DNA from: Paramecium tetraurelia
Taxonomy: Eukaryota
DNA: 64,000 nucleotides
Direction: 5' to 3'
Assembly (NCBI GenBank): GCA_000165425.1
Contig: CT868680.1
Location: 1 to 64,000 of the forward strand
Below, piece by piece: positions 1 to 16,071 of the stretch (positions are counted from its first letter, which is position 1; the number at the start of each line of letters is the position of its first letter). The notes under the pieces were generated by a model. It worked only from the letters and a program-made list of their open reading frames with translations, searched no databases and was not told where the DNA came from. The translations under genes were made by a program, and so were the position numbers.

Positions 1-25
1 TCCAAGTATGTTCCAACTCAACCAA

Positions 26-96
26 ACCCAACCCCAACCCCAACCCCAAACCCAACCCCTTACCCAAACCCAACCCCAACCCCAAACCCAAACCCA
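26..96 (+). repeat. Paramecium-type telomeric repeat tract (C-strand), mixed CCCCAA/ACCCAA
   Basis: 26-91 parses in register as 11 hexamers: 5 CCCCAA, 5 ACCCAA and 1 CCCCTT, then ACCCA. This is the complement of TTGGG(T/G), the variable Paramecium telomere repeat. Confidence 0.85.
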
Positions 97-2327
97 GAGA
101 AGAGTCAATAGAACATATAATTAATTTCATAAGACTGATCGTAAAATATTAGTATTGCAAGAGAAAGGAAAAAATTAATGAGCACCGACATAAAGAAGAA
201 GAGTAGGGATGGTTTATTATAGAGTTCAAAGGTGAGGGAGATCTTTCCGAGGTTAGAAGGTAATAAATAAAGACAGATCGATGCTTAGCTTATATAGAAA
301 GACACAATATCGGGCTAAGAATCGGTATCGAGCTAGGAATTTATAAGAAAACAAAGGCTGCAGATAGAGAATTAGAAAATGATGACGGTTCACATCTGGA
401 AGGAGTAATAAAAGATCACAAAGAGATAGTGGAATTTATATATGACATCTTAAATAAAGAGTTCTTTGTATCAAATCACTTGAATAAGTCAAAGTGGTTG
501 TGATTAGAAGATTAACAGATGAGAAATGTAGTGCAGGATTAAAATCTTATCTAATCCAACGGAATAGATGAAGGAATGGTATCCATTCTAATTTTAGCAT
601 TAAAAGATAAGGGCATGGCGAAAATATCCTTTGATGACCGAATGATTTGCTCTTTATGCTGCAAGCTCCTCAATCGCATAGAAATATTTAAAAACTCCTG
701 TTATTAAAAGATGAACCTTCTTCTATCAAGGGAAGTTCATACAGACATATTGTTCAATATCATCATTATTATTATGCTCATCTTCAATCTAGTATGTTGA
801 GGGTTCAAGGATGAAAACTAATTTTCAAGGCCTAGAAATCAAGAGAGAGAGTAATTATTGCTTCTCCACCTAAAGTCATTATAGGTTCAAAGGATTCTTT
901 AGGAATGAAATACTAGGGCAAAAATGATCCTTTATATCTATTTAGGACTGATAACCAATAAACAATATTTATGATATAACAATTCTACTGAAAGTGAATT
1001 TTAATCATCTGTAGAGAGTCCTCCAAATCTTGAAATCTATTTTAAAGTTTTTAAACTAATTAGTATTTCACCTGCCTTATAAGCATTAGGAATAGATAAT
1101 TTACTAGATATTATTTAACAAGGTGACAATATTCAAATTTATGTTGCTGATAAATTTGTATAGATGATATTAGCATTAGATTTCTAGATAATTTGAGCAG
1201 TTCTGTTTTCTGCCTGATAACTAAATATTTAGGATACATTTTCTTTAAAACCACTTATAAAAAATTGTACAGCTTATAATCTTGGTTATTATGGAAAATG
1301 AGCCTAAAAATTGCAAAAGCATTTTTTACCTATTATGAAAAAAATGTATCAAATTTTCTAAAGACTTTACTATAATGGGCTCTTAAGAATTGTAATGTCT
1401 AATTTATACGATGTTTCTTTTGCAATTGCTTTATAATTTGCTTATTTTTAGAGTAATAATATATTTGAATCACTAAATTCATATTTTTACCTTATTATTT
1501 TTGTATCATATTTAGGAAATTTGATTTATTTTTTTTTCAATTTTTAAAATTTTCTAATTAGACTACATTTTAGTTAACTAATATGAATCTTTATTTGAGG
1601 AGTTTAAGATAGCAAATATCCTTGAATTTCTTAATATAATTCAATTTTATTAATTAAGAAACTTATTTTCCTAAATCTATTATATTCATGTATAGATTAC
1701 ACTATTTTAATTTGATTTTTAACAGATGGGAACGTTAAACACTGCTAATTGCTTCAAATTAAACTTTATTTGTTTCATATTATTTTTGAACAATCCTTTA
1801 TAGAATCATTATGAGTACCATAAAATTATTATTACAGAATCCTTTATCATTTTCAACACAATAAATTTATTCTTTATGAATATTCACAAGATTTTAGATT
1901 AAACAAAAACTTTAATGCAAATTTAGGATGGGATCACATATCTACATTTTTTGCTATCTTAATTTTTTCATTAATCATAGATATTATTTGGTAAGGAAAA
2001 TAAATAATAATCAAACTAAAGTAATTGTTCTGTTTATAAAAGAAATAGGAAGATATAGGATCAGCAGCAACTTTTTTATGAATATTAATTATGTTCAAGT
2101 TTATCCATTACATCTATATTTTTCTTTTACACTATCCTCTAAATTCAAATAGTGCCGGTTTTTTTAATTTTATTATTTTCATTCTACATAAATATAGAAT
2201 TCAACAATTTTCTTTCTCAGCCTATGAAAATATTGTAAAAGAGTATTACGACATAGAATATTAATGATATATTTATATAATTTAATAAAGAAATTTCAAT
2301 TATTTATTTCTGAAATAATCTGAAGAA

Positions 2328-3062
2328 ATGATGGGTTATGGCAAATAATCACCAGAACATTACACAATTATTCTGGTAGTCGGAGACACTTCAGTCGGTA
2401 AAACTAGTCTGATTATTCGATACGTTCATGATATTTTTGAAGAAGCTGATATTCGCAAGAAAACGCTTAATTAGACTAGTTTGTTAAAAAATGATACATT
2501 AAAGGAAATATTTATAGAGAATTAATGCATTCATTTATAAATTGTAAAGCAATTAATTATTTTAGCATGACATGTCAGGTCCAGAAAAATACATTTTTAT
2601 AGATAGAATTTGCAGGTATTAAAATTGATAAGATTAGAAAAGCACAAGGAATATTAATAGTTTATGATATAACAAATAGGGATTCATTTAATAGTATTTC
2701 ATTATGGATAACTTAAATTGATAGGTAAGAGTAATTGGATAATTTTAGCATTGCTAGTTTGGATGTTATAAGAATATTAATAGGAAATAAATGTGATTAA
2801 AATGATAATCGGGCTGTCACTTTTGAAGAAGGCTATTTGTTAGGTAAATAGAAATCTTAGATAAATAGCTTAATAGTTTGGGATCCAATTTTTTGAAACA
2901 TCTGCCAAGTAATCAATTAGTATTGAAGATTCCTTCCTTTTTGTAGCTAGAGTGATTTTAGAAGAATAATAAAAAAAATTAAATTAATAGAATAATGAAA
3001 AGAACTAAAAGTTAAATATAAAATAAAATAAATAAAGTAAAAATACTAAAAGTTGCATCTGA
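2328..3062 (+). CDS. Divergent Rab-family small GTPase (4 tiny introns)
   Basis: VVGDTSVGKTS P-loop, ILIVYDIT, LIGNKCD, FFETSAK. G3 motif reads HDMSGPE. Ends NTKSCI-TGA. Confidence 0.9.
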
Positions 3063-3221
3063 TTTACTTAATAAACGTGATACATATCATGATTCCTAGA
3101 TTTTATTTACTTTTCATAGTATTAATATTCTTTTATAATAGTGAAATAAAAATATAGATATTTATTAAATTAATGAAAATAATTTTATTTATCTTATTTA
3201 CTTAATGATATGAACATTAAA

Positions 3222-4379
3222 TCAATACAGATCGCATACTAAAGGGAGATGATCACTCCCTTCTTCATAGTTAACTATGGGATTTTCTATTAAATATTCA
3301 ATTTTAGGCATTTACAATACTTGCGAGACTTACAATTTATTGATCCAAATGTAATCTACACATCCAACCTATGATGAAGACATAGTTGTTATCAAGGGTT
3401 CATAAGTGGACCATTTGGCATAGAAATCGTGCAAATCTTTGCTCTTCGCTCTCTATAAATCAGCATAGACACTTCGAAATTGAATTGGTGTTTCTACAAT
3501 TGGATATGGATTTAATTCAGCTTAATGAAATGAAAATGTATCATTATCAATTTGACATCTCAAAGCTTGGACATATAGATCATAATCATAATCAAGGTCT
3601 TATTATTCATATTGTATATTAAATTCACCACATTTCTTCTAAATATTTAGTCTATCCTACATGTAATCAGTAGGATGGTAAGAGATAGAATGCTAGCCGC
3701 TAATTCTTTTAGGGTTTAACTTATTAAATTGTTATTGACCTTGGGAAATGTAGGAATATAAAGCACTATTGGGTGTTAGATTGAAATCACCACACCATAC
3801 AATTCTTGAATTCTAATATTTTAATTGTAAGGATTAAAGTGTGATCATAATTAATTGAATTTGACTCAGCTTCAAATCTCCTCTATTTTTGTTGAATATC
3901 AAATGAGAATTAGCTACAATTAGAGGATTTTAGTCATTAAAGCCTTGCAAAACTGCAATAAGACAAATATTTGGTTTATCCATTCTGGTCTTAGAATTAC
4001 AAAATAGATGTTCTTGTTTTAAGTGAAGGTTGTAGGACTTAATTAATTTGTACTTCTATTTTAAATAAAAGAGAGCACATCCATCCTTTTAATTTTCTTG
4101 ACTTCTTTTTAAGAAAAGCTTTTCATATTGATCTTGAATCAATAATTAACTCAAATCATTTTCATCACAATCCAATTCTTAAAGACATAGAATATCGGGC
4201 TTATACTTCTTTATTTAGGAGAATATTAAAGGCCATCTACTCTTCCAGTCATATTATTTTAATTGCTTTTCGTTATCCTATAACAAAGAATCAGCCAAAA
4301 TATTGTAAGACATTAATCTAAAGGAATTGTGTTATTTAGATCCTAACCATTTTCTGATTGATGTTATTTGTTGTTGCAT
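3222..4379 (-). CDS. CCR4/nocturnin/Angel-like EEP phosphoesterase
   Basis: LMSYNILA, PDILCLQE, CGDFNLTP and GSDHLPL motifs in ciliate code. Confidence 0.9.
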
Positions 4380-4463
4380 TATTTTATTAAATAATTATAT
4401 ATTTGAGACATCTATAGAAATTATATAATAACAATATAAAATAATTTATAAACAAAAAAGGAA

Positions 4464-5140
<677 letters not shown>

Positions 5141-5502
5141 CTTAGTGTGTACAATCATATTTAAAAATACACATTAATTATATTAATCTATTATTCAATC
5201 TAAAATTATTTTACCAATCCTCCTTCAACTAGATAAACAATAGTTATCAAACGTTAATATCAAACATTAGAAATTAACGATCATATTGATGAAATAATTA
5301 ATATAAAATTAATATCCATTTTTCCATTGAATAGTGTCTAATCTACAACTTTAATTTCTATTATTCATTTCCTTCATATATATATAGTTTCATTTAAATC
5401 ATTGTAAAAATGAGAACCAGAAAATCAGAATGAGATTCATTTATTTGGTCTTCGATAGTATTGAATAATATAATTTATTAATAAATATATAATTGTTCTA
5501 AA

Positions 5503-6474
5503 ATGAATGTGGATGACATAAAAAACAAATTAAAAGAATTAAATAAGAAACAATAGGAGAGTTTAAGTAAACGAAAAACCTTGATTAAAGAAATTAAAAG
5601 CATGCCCTTTTAGTAATTTGCATTTAATATGATAATAGAAGGAATAATCATAAAAATAAGAAACCTAAGGATGAAAATGAAAAGGTAATTATAGAATACG
5701 AATGTTTTGAAGACTTTTGTTATAAATCTTGAGGGTGCAAAGGAGGAACGTGCTGAAAAGTAAAAGTAGCTTGATCAAAAAGTACCCATTGCCTAGAAAG
5801 AGAAGGATAGAAGAATAGTAAAATCTCTATTTGGCAACCATTTACAAAGAGCTAAGTAAGATTTAGATGGAGAAAAATAAAAAGTAATTTAGAGTGTTAT
5901 ATGAACATAGTTGGATAAATAAATTGAAATCAATAAAAGACTAGAAGATAAAGACCGACAAGATCTGATGGCATTTAAGGAGGATTAAGATGTATAATAT
6001 AAATAATAATAAATAGAAAAGAAAAGAATAATTGGTGACAGAAAGAAAGTAATTGGAGAGAGAATTAGCAGCTGATGAATTTAGAAGACAAGTAAATATT
6101 ATAACAATTGTATTAGTAATTATTATTAGAGCTCTAATTAAAAACTATGAGAGACTTCTTTATCACAAAGTAAATCATTTATGTTAGAAATTCTTAGAAC
6201 AGCTCCATATTTATTATGGTAGCCAGTTAAAACAAATGAAGGGATGAATCCACTTAAAGAATATAGTAACGAGAGATTTAACGTAAAATTGATTTTAAAT
6301 TATTCTAAGGAAATGGAAAGGGACCTAAAGGAGAAGTTACAAAGAGCATACTAATAATTCCTTGACTTTTAAACTCAGAAAATAAAAGAGCAGCCAGTTG
6401 AGTAGGAGCATGAAAGTTCTCAATCGGAAAGTGATGAATCTTAGGAGAAACCAAAGGAAGATGGGTAAGAATGA
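5503..6474 (+). CDS. Coiled-coil protein, probably pinin/SDK/memA-like
   Basis: Multi-intron Lys/Glu-rich ORF. DRRIVKSLFGNHLQRAK and LRTAPYLLWQP resemble the two conserved pinin blocks (from recall). Acidic tail. Confidence 0.55.
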
Positions 6475-6573
6475 TGAAAAATTATAGGTATTATATTAGA
6501 AATAAGATCATAATTCTCAAAACTCTTCTATTTCATAGTATAATTTAAATAATAAATAATTGTTTTATTTAGA

Positions 6574-8449
6574 TCAGATATGTTTACTAAGTGCAGCTTT
6601 TACTGATTTTGCAATATTAGACTATTCTTTTTTATCATCTTCGTTGTCCTTCTGTTACTGCTGTTATGGTTTCTAAGTGTACTTTAACAAAACATTTCCG
6701 GTTGGGGCTTGTTATTGACTAACAATGAAGAAAGAATTTTACTTGTCTTAGAGTTTTTTGAATTGAACACTTGGTGAAACAAACTAGTTCATATTGGGAG
6801 ATTCTAAAAATATTGATAGTTCATTCTTAAACCTTCGCATTCAACAATTCTACCTGTAATAACAGGAGTTCTCATAATCATTTGTTAATCTTTATTTTGG
6901 CCTTCTTTCATTTTATTGGTGGCTTACATGACTGGAGATTTTAAGGGTGAGTTAGTCAGTTGATTAATTCTCAGCATATCAAATTTGACAGCTCTAATAT
7001 AGATTTAGAGATTTACTGTTGATTGATTAATTGTATTCTAGCATTTAACTCAGGTTTATCATCGACTTCATCGATGTCGCCATCTTCTTCAGATGAGATG
7101 TTTTATTGAACTCCCTCACATAATTTAATGTATTCAAATTTCATAGCTGATTTTGCTGTAATTCTATTTTTGGGATTAGGTTCTAACATTTGTTTTAATA
7201 ATTCAAAGGCTTATGGTTGTACAACTTCAAAGACCGAACTCTTGAAATTAACCTTAGCCTCCTTATTTTATTAAACAATAGTGTTATAACTTCTTCCTGG
7301 GAATCCTGGTTTCCCTGTCAAAAGTATATGGAACACCAATCCTAAAGAGTAGATATCACAAACACTGTCATATGTAGTTGACATATCTGTAATATTTATG
7401 ACTTCTGGTGCTACAAAACCAGGTGTTCCACATCTACAATATAAGTAGACTGGAAGATTCACAAATGTTGCCAAACCAAAATCAGCTATAACTACAGAAT
7501 TTATGTCACTATTATAATAATATTTAAACTAACTTTTATTCTTTGAACAATATATTTTCTAGTTTCAAATCTCTATGCATTATGTTTTTGGAATGCATAT
7601 GTGCCAATCCTTCTAACAGTCCCTTCATTATAGATTATATTTATTTATTGTTTAATATCACTTTCTTTTTGATTATATCATAGAGTTAACCACCCTATAA
7701 TAATTCTAGACCCATGTATAATGAATTCTGTGACTCATAGACTTCATAGAGTTTCATGATGTTTGGATGATCCAATTCTCTCATTATGGTTATTTCATTG
7801 ATGAGTCCTTCCTTATTTTGATATGGATAATCTTACTTTCCCATTCTCTTCAGCATAGACGGCACTTTTTGAAAAGGCTTTAATTGCCATCTATTAACCG
7901 TCTTCTATTCTCTCTGCTAAATACACACTTGCAAAATTGCCTTTGCCAATCTTCTTGAACACTTTAAACATATGATGAAATCCCATCTGATTTATTTTTT
8001 AACCAAATAGTTTTCTAAATGTTTTTAGGGTTTCTTGATCACTAGTGAAATCCCAGTATTTTTCAGATGATTCAATTGATAATCTTATATGCAAGATATC
8101 TCCTAAAGTTTAAATATCCTCTGGTTTAACAATATCAACTCGATTAGAATGAGGAGTGTTTGGAGTTGATTTTTTTGTTTATACATTAGACTTTAAAATA
8201 GGAGCATCTCGAAATATTTCAAATCTAGTTGAAAAATCTAAAGGTAATAATTTATGTGCAAATTTTCCATTTTACTTTGAATATAGTTTCAATTACTTTG
8301 AATAACAAAATATGTTTCTCAGTAACTACAAGATGTCTTTAATGTTACTATTTCCCTAATTTTGTTACCGTTGCTTCATATTTGACCTTAGGCTATACAA
8401 AATCCTTAGGAATAGTTTGCCACAATTTTCCTTATTCATTTTGTTGCAT
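6574..8449 (-). CDS. Ser/Thr protein kinase, CAMK group, with long N-terminal extension
   Basis: IGKGNFASVY, AIKAF, HRDLKLEN, IADFGLA, CGTPGFVAPE, DIYSLG. Confidence 0.95.
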
Positions 8450-8509
8450 TGATAATTATTTTTAGAAATACTGAAAATATTAATAAATAATTTAATCACA
8501 ATTCTTAAT

Positions 8510-9616
8510 TCATCTTCTGTGATGATGATGTCCATGGTGTTTATTACCTAAAATAAATAAATGAGAATTATATACCAACTACAACAACATTTGCTGAATG
8601 ATGATGGTGATGATGTCCAATATTTTCAATCATCCTAACAGTCTCAATAGCTGCAAAGGTTCCTAAAGCAGTTCTAGCCATTGTACCTGCAAATCCAGGA
8701 CCTTATTTTTGATAGGATTATTATTATTATTATTATGGTTATTATTGTGAATTTACTACAATAACTTGATTGGGTCCTTATTATGTCGTAGGGTAGTATT
8801 ATTAATTATTTGGATATTATTAGTATGTTTAATATTGATTAGGCTATTAGTAAGGATTTCCATAAGGAGGAATCTAATTTGGGGCATTAATTTGATTCTA
8901 AATTGGATAACCTTATTGTAATTAGGGTGTCTGATTTTGCTTCATTGAATATATCAATTCAGATGAAACTACAGGTTACATTACAGTCTAAGGTTGTTAC
9001 TCATATTAGTATCGTGATTCTTGCTCAAAATTAGTCAGAACAATGTTTTCATATGGATTACTTGGGTAGATGATTTCAAGCAAAGGAGAGAACTATATAA
9101 GTATGATAAATACTTGTTAAGTCAAAAATTCTCTAGGTAACTTGGTTACTTTGAAAGTAAGGGATTCTAGGCATCCTTTTTTATAAGAACCAGAACATCC
9201 TGTAAATGTATAGCCCATAAACATGTAATTAAATTTGTAACCCTAATCTTTTCCGAAGATAGCTTGTTATCCCTTATAAGTTATTATTCCTATTTAAGTA
9301 ATCCCAGATTCGTAATATCCGAAAAGAACTTAAATATAATCATCTAAATTTAAATTTTATTATTACTTGGACCTATTTCAAATTCATATTGACTGATGTT
9401 TTTCCCAGTTATGCAGGTGTCATTACAGATTATTTTTCTTCCATTTTATATATTTTAATAAGTAAAAGCGATTCCGCATATTTAGGTTTCATTTAGACTA
9501 ACTTTAACACCTGAAATTTTGAATTCCTCGTTTCCTAATTGCATCTTATCATCAAATTTTTAGAGATCTTATCTATCTACTCCAAGTGTTATTAAGGCTG
9601 GAACTTTATTTGACAT
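8510..9616 (-). CDS. Jacalin-like (beta-prism) domain protein with Q/P/Y-rich region and His-rich tail
   Basis: FDD..KISGVKV..ICGIAFTY..FEIGPNDYIQVLFGYY..ITQIGIITYKG..IFG..FTGCSGSY..LESLTF matches the jacalin strand pattern. Ends HHGHHHHRR-TGA. Confidence 0.65.
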
Positions 9617-9971
9617 AATTAAATAATTGTTTTTCTATATTTAAAATTTTCTATATAAATGAAAATGGAATGGTGAATTAACCCAATTTTAATAAAATCA
9701 TTTATTGATTTATTAAACAAATTTTTCTTTATCAGATAGATAAATCAAATGAATATCATTGCAATGAATTAACATTTGTTGAACTCTCTATTAAGGTTAA
9801 AGTCATGTTTTTCAAAAATATAGATCAACATTTAATTATTCCTACCTAAATATACAAATTTAATATTACTATTAAATTTCAATGATAATTTACAAGATAT
9901 TTATAATTACAACATAATATCAGGAATATATTTAAATTATATATGAAATTGCAATAGATTGATTTTGTTTA

Positions 9972-11526
<1,555 letters not shown>

Positions 11527-11583
11527 TATTAATAAGTTTATAATTGACTAATTATAGATAAATAATTATATAATTTTAAATTG

Positions 11584-12599
11584 TCATAATCTGAACATAA
11601 ACGTTGTTTTAGGTTAAACCTACTATTTCTTCTACAACCCTATAAAAGGTGAAGTTTTTTTTGAGTTCGTAAGTTCTATCAAAAAATTAATATGCATATT
11701 ATTATAATGATATTCTATCTTAAGATCTATTAGGAGATGTGTCAGTTCTTGTATTAAAGGAAAATCTTTATTCATAATTTTTCTAGCTCCTTCTCTAAGG
11801 ATAGAGATTCTGAAAATCAAATGAAAATTAAGGATATGAAGTCTGCCTTCTAGTTGTGTTTGGTTTTCCCAATTGTTTATTAAGGTAAGTATCAAAATCC
11901 ATTCTCAATTTTGGAGATGAGTTTTTGCGTTCTGGAATTCCATTAAATATGTTAGTAATTCTTTATTACATTTCTTTAAGTCTATCTTACGAAATTTCAT
12001 TTCTATCTTTCACTAAATAGGAATGTTTCGGCGGTGATATTTTCTTGTTATAATTGAAATTATCCAAAAAATTAAGAGGTCGTTATTGCTCATATTTAGG
12101 AGTAATAGTTTGAGTAAAGTGATTAATTTAGAAATCTCCTTAAATATTGATGTATTTAGTAGGTGAATTTCCAGAAGCATAACTTTTAAATAGATCAGAG
12201 AACTATTGTGTTGATTTCTATCCAGACGAAGTTAAAAGTTATTGTTCTGTCTCTTATTTAGGTTTTTGTTAAGACTATTATTAATTTTTTGCTTGCTTTA
12301 TATTGTAATCAGCTTGAGTCCAATGAGTTTCAAATTCTTCTAAATCTATGGCTCCAGATTTTGAGGTGTTCAAATATTCAAATAGCTATTTAATGGTTCT
12401 ATTATTGATATATTAATAACTAATACTCATCAGATTGGATATTATGATTTCTCTTTAATTCCGATTCCAGATCATCAATCTCAATTTCTCCAGAGTTATT
12501 TACATCCAAATCATAGTATGCTGTATTACTGTCATTGTATTTCTTTTGAAGGGTTTCCTTGATTCCTTTCCAAATGTTCAATAATTGTGATTAATCCAT
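11584..12599 (-). CDS. Hypothetical protein (3' end uncertain)
   Basis: Open in ciliate code from MDQSQLLNIWKGIKETLQ; S/P/Q-rich; no domain recognised. Confidence 0.6.
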
Positions 12600-12774
12600 A
12601 ATAAATTTTATTTCTGTAATTAATTTATTGTGTATTTCAATAAATTAGTTAGTTTGAATTTATCACGCTCTTCATTGGATTATTATTAATTACACAAATG
12701 AACATATATTTTATAATACTAAAACAGAATAAATAATAAAATTAAATTAAAACAATCAAGTATTGTTATTGAAC

Positions 12775-13695
12775 ATGCAAACACTTTCGGAATCGAAAAA
12801 AAGGATTCATGAACAATCATATGCATAAAAGGTTGCCTATCCCATAACTCCTGATAAATCTCATATCAAATTGAATGAATCTCTATTCAATGCCAAAATA
12901 GTAGCCAAGAAATCCTGCTCATTAATTAAAGATGTCTAAAAAGATGTTTAATTGACAATCAAAAAATATGATGAATTCCTAAAACTTGTAAATACTCCTA
13001 ATAAGGTTCCTGATTCTATTACAAGTTCTCCATCTATTATGAAACTACATCAAATAGAGGAAACAACAGAATAAAAAGATGATGATTAAGCTCTTCTAAG
13101 TCAATATTAGAGATATGCAAGTTCCTAAGAATTGAGAAGACAATCTGTACCATTAGAAAGATCTGAATTGAGATTATCAAGTTTTAAGGTGAAAGAAGAA
13201 CTCTTTCCTGTAGAAGACATTAGTCCCATCAAATAATAAAATAACAGTTATTTTGTATTTCGAAGAAATTCCTCTCAAATCTTGACTTCTCCTCCTCAAA
13301 AAAAATCTTAATAATCTATTCTCTCGGATTATTAAGGAAGTTATGCTAAAATTCATTTACGCAAATCTCCAACTGCCCCTAGGATAGAGATTGAGATTAA
13401 ACAATAAGAGAAACCATAATCCCCTCCAGATATTGCTAAAAGAAACCAGGAATGGAAATAAAGACTCCAAGATAAAATTAATTTTGAATAAAAAAGGAAG
13501 AGTGAAAAAGAAATGAAGGATTGTACATTTAAACCAAAACTCAATGAAACAAAAATGAGTGAGAAATCTAAAAAGAATATTGTACAAAAGAATAAGAAGA
13601 ATTAAAATAAATCTTAAACTCCTGAAGTGAAAGAGATAATGCACATCATCGCAGACTTAAATTAATTTAGCAAATAATTAAAAAAGAGGTTGTGA
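12775..13695 (+). CDS. Hypothetical protein with CTFKPKLN motif
   Basis: ORF from MQTLSESKK to KKRL-TGA; contains EMKDCTFKPKLN. Confidence 0.7.
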
Positions 13696-13759
13696 TGGTC
13701 AAGTAAACATATATGATTTAGTGATATATATACTATTAATAAAATTAAATATAAATTAT

Positions 13760-14256
13760 TCTTAAAGTAACATCAATATTAATTTTTTTGTTTCTTGATT
13801 TGATGAGTGCTTTCACTGAAAACTTCTTGTGTAAGAAACCTATAAATTCATATAATTTTCTATGCTCTCTGTTATTTCTGAATGTAAGTTCTATCTATTC
13901 ACTTCAGACACTTCTAGAGATCCTTTATGATAAATCCTTAATCTCACTTTTATCTTTATCAAGCTAATTTGAACTCATAAAATTTCTGCAGCATCATACT
14001 TTTAGTTAACTTTCTCAAATTTAGGTTTTTAAAGAACTTTAAGACTTTGATATGCTTTTATTTTTTTCTGTTTCTCTTATGATTATCAAAATGACTTGAG
14101 ATTACTAAGTCTAAACATTTTCGAACGATATTTCTCACTCCAAAATCATAATATTGAGACAGACTTGGTTCGTACAGCAGTTGGGAACTAATGTTCTAAA
14201 TTGATATTATGTTGTTTTTGTAGAAATATTTACTAGGTTAATTATGTTTAGTTCAT
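13760..14256 (-). CDS. Possible small or disrupted hypothetical gene
   Basis: Coding-like composition and an ATG at 14256, but I could not build a stop-free model; 3' end is a guess. Confidence 0.25.
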
Positions 14257-14270
14257 TTAGAATTATAATA

Positions 14271-14872
14271 TCAGATGTAACCCATTTTAGCTGCGATGTC
14301 TTCTTTTGTCAATCCATCTTTATCTTTGCTTGCATCTTAGATGAATTCCAGAATGTCGGCATCACTTATTTGAATATCCAGATATTGAGCAAATACATTC
14401 TTTATTTCAGTCAATCCCACTTTGCGATCCCTTGATTTTAATGGTCATTTTTACTTTCGAACAAACAATTCATAAATTTCATCGATTTCATCATCTCTGC
14501 CTTTATTTTCAAACCACTTTCTTGAAATCAATTATATAACATCCTTCAACGAAAAGCTATCACGAGTTCTAAGTATAGGAGGAAAGAATACTCTTCTACA
14601 ACATCTCTTATTTCTTCTTCTATGTCTTTAACGGTTTTATTGATGAAACCAAAATTGCCCAAAATTGATCTCATGTTCTGACGATTGATGAATCCTGTTC
14701 TGGAGGGATCATAAAAATTGAAACAGTCTCTGATTTCTGATTCCTATTATAATATTAATATCGTATAAGATACCATATCATCAGGGAGTTTCTAGGTGAC
14801 TTATTGTTTGGGACCCTTGCTTTGATTTTTGGGATTTTGGAGAAGAGTTTACTTTTTTTTATCTTATTTCAT
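14271..14872 (-). CDS. Calmodulin/centrin-like EF-hand protein
   Basis: EIRDCFNFYDPSRTGFINRQNMRSILGNFG (EF-hand) plus degenerate later hands; 3 tiny introns. Confidence 0.8.
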
Positions 14873-14926
14873 AGGGGAATTTAATTATTATTTAATTATT
14901 AAATAATAAAATAATCAATATCCTTA

Positions 14927-15666
14927 ATGAATAGCAACAGCAAATCAATATATAAAAACGTTGAATTCCAAGATGAACCCTATTCGACCAACAACAAATT
15001 TGCAGTTTATGTTCCCAAACAAGAAATACCAAGATATTCAGCCACTCAACAGGTGTTTTACAATCAATAAGCACAGCAATCACCGCAAAAACATTTGAAA
15101 GTAGAGTTTCAAGATGAACAAGAAAATCGTAATCAACAAAATCAGAATGAGCAATAACAATTTGAATAGGAATAGTAATAATAGTCTTAATGTAATCAAC
15201 CTAAGGCTGATACCCATAAACAAAGAAATGTAACTTAAAACAGATACAGATTATCAAATCAAACTCCTAAGACTGCATAAGGGAAGGAGCAATAAAAATT
15301 TTACAGTTCTACTCCTTCTCAAAGCATCCAAAAGCAGAGGACTCTCTAATAATTCAAGGACAGCCTATATTTTGATGAAAGAATTAATAAGGTACCCAAA
15401 TCGACCATCAGAAATCAAATTATTGACAGTATTGTTAGTGATGCTGATTTGTTGCTTCAAAAAAGAGAGTTAATGACATCCATTTATAAATTGAAACAAC
15501 TGAATCTATTAAAAAACAAGGAATTTGCAGTGTAAACTTGAAATATCAATTTAGGAATCGTCTTCCAGGAATTGGAAAATCAAGTTTTGTGTGTAATGAT
15601 TATCACACCAAGAGCACAAACAATGGATACTCTAGAAATTTCGGTGGAGTATTTTATACTAGATGA
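14927..15666 (+). CDS. Hypothetical protein with conserved-looking C-terminal motif
   Basis: ORF from MNSNSKSIY, ending NDYHTKSTNNGYSRNFGGVFYTR-TGA. Confidence 0.7.
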
Positions 15667-16071
15667 ATAATATATCTATTATAAAATAAGCATTATAAAA
15701 TTATATTCCAAGTCCTAAATACTTTGAGATTGAAATGAGGTAATCCAACATTTCCATCTAAGAATAATATTTATATTTCTATATTCTATCGATATAACCA
15801 TTTCTCTTGTATTTCAGAGTTTCATGTTATTAAGGAATGAGTGATAGGCAAATGAGTGAATCGATTTCATGAACAAAAATTAAAAATTTTAAGTTTAGAA
15901 TAGGATATTGGTATAGATGATCTTTGTAATATTAAATGGACTGATTTGAGAAGAGATGTGATAATTAAATGAATTATAGGTGCGAGGTTAGTAGCATTGT
16001 GTGAATTGATGAATAATTTTATTGTAGTTATATATGACATAAATTAAATAAAGATATATTTATTTTTTAAA

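Noticed and set aside
100..520. Hydrophobic minus-strand frame that would read through if TGA = Trp (mitochondrial insert?)
   Set aside because: No recognisable mitochondrial protein motif, and it also contains TAA/TAG; AT-rich antisense frames look hydrophobic by chance.
15670..16070. Possible snoRNA or small ORF upstream of eL18
   Set aside because: No complete box C (RTGATGA) with terminal stem, and the minus-strand ORF is short and interrupted by TGA.
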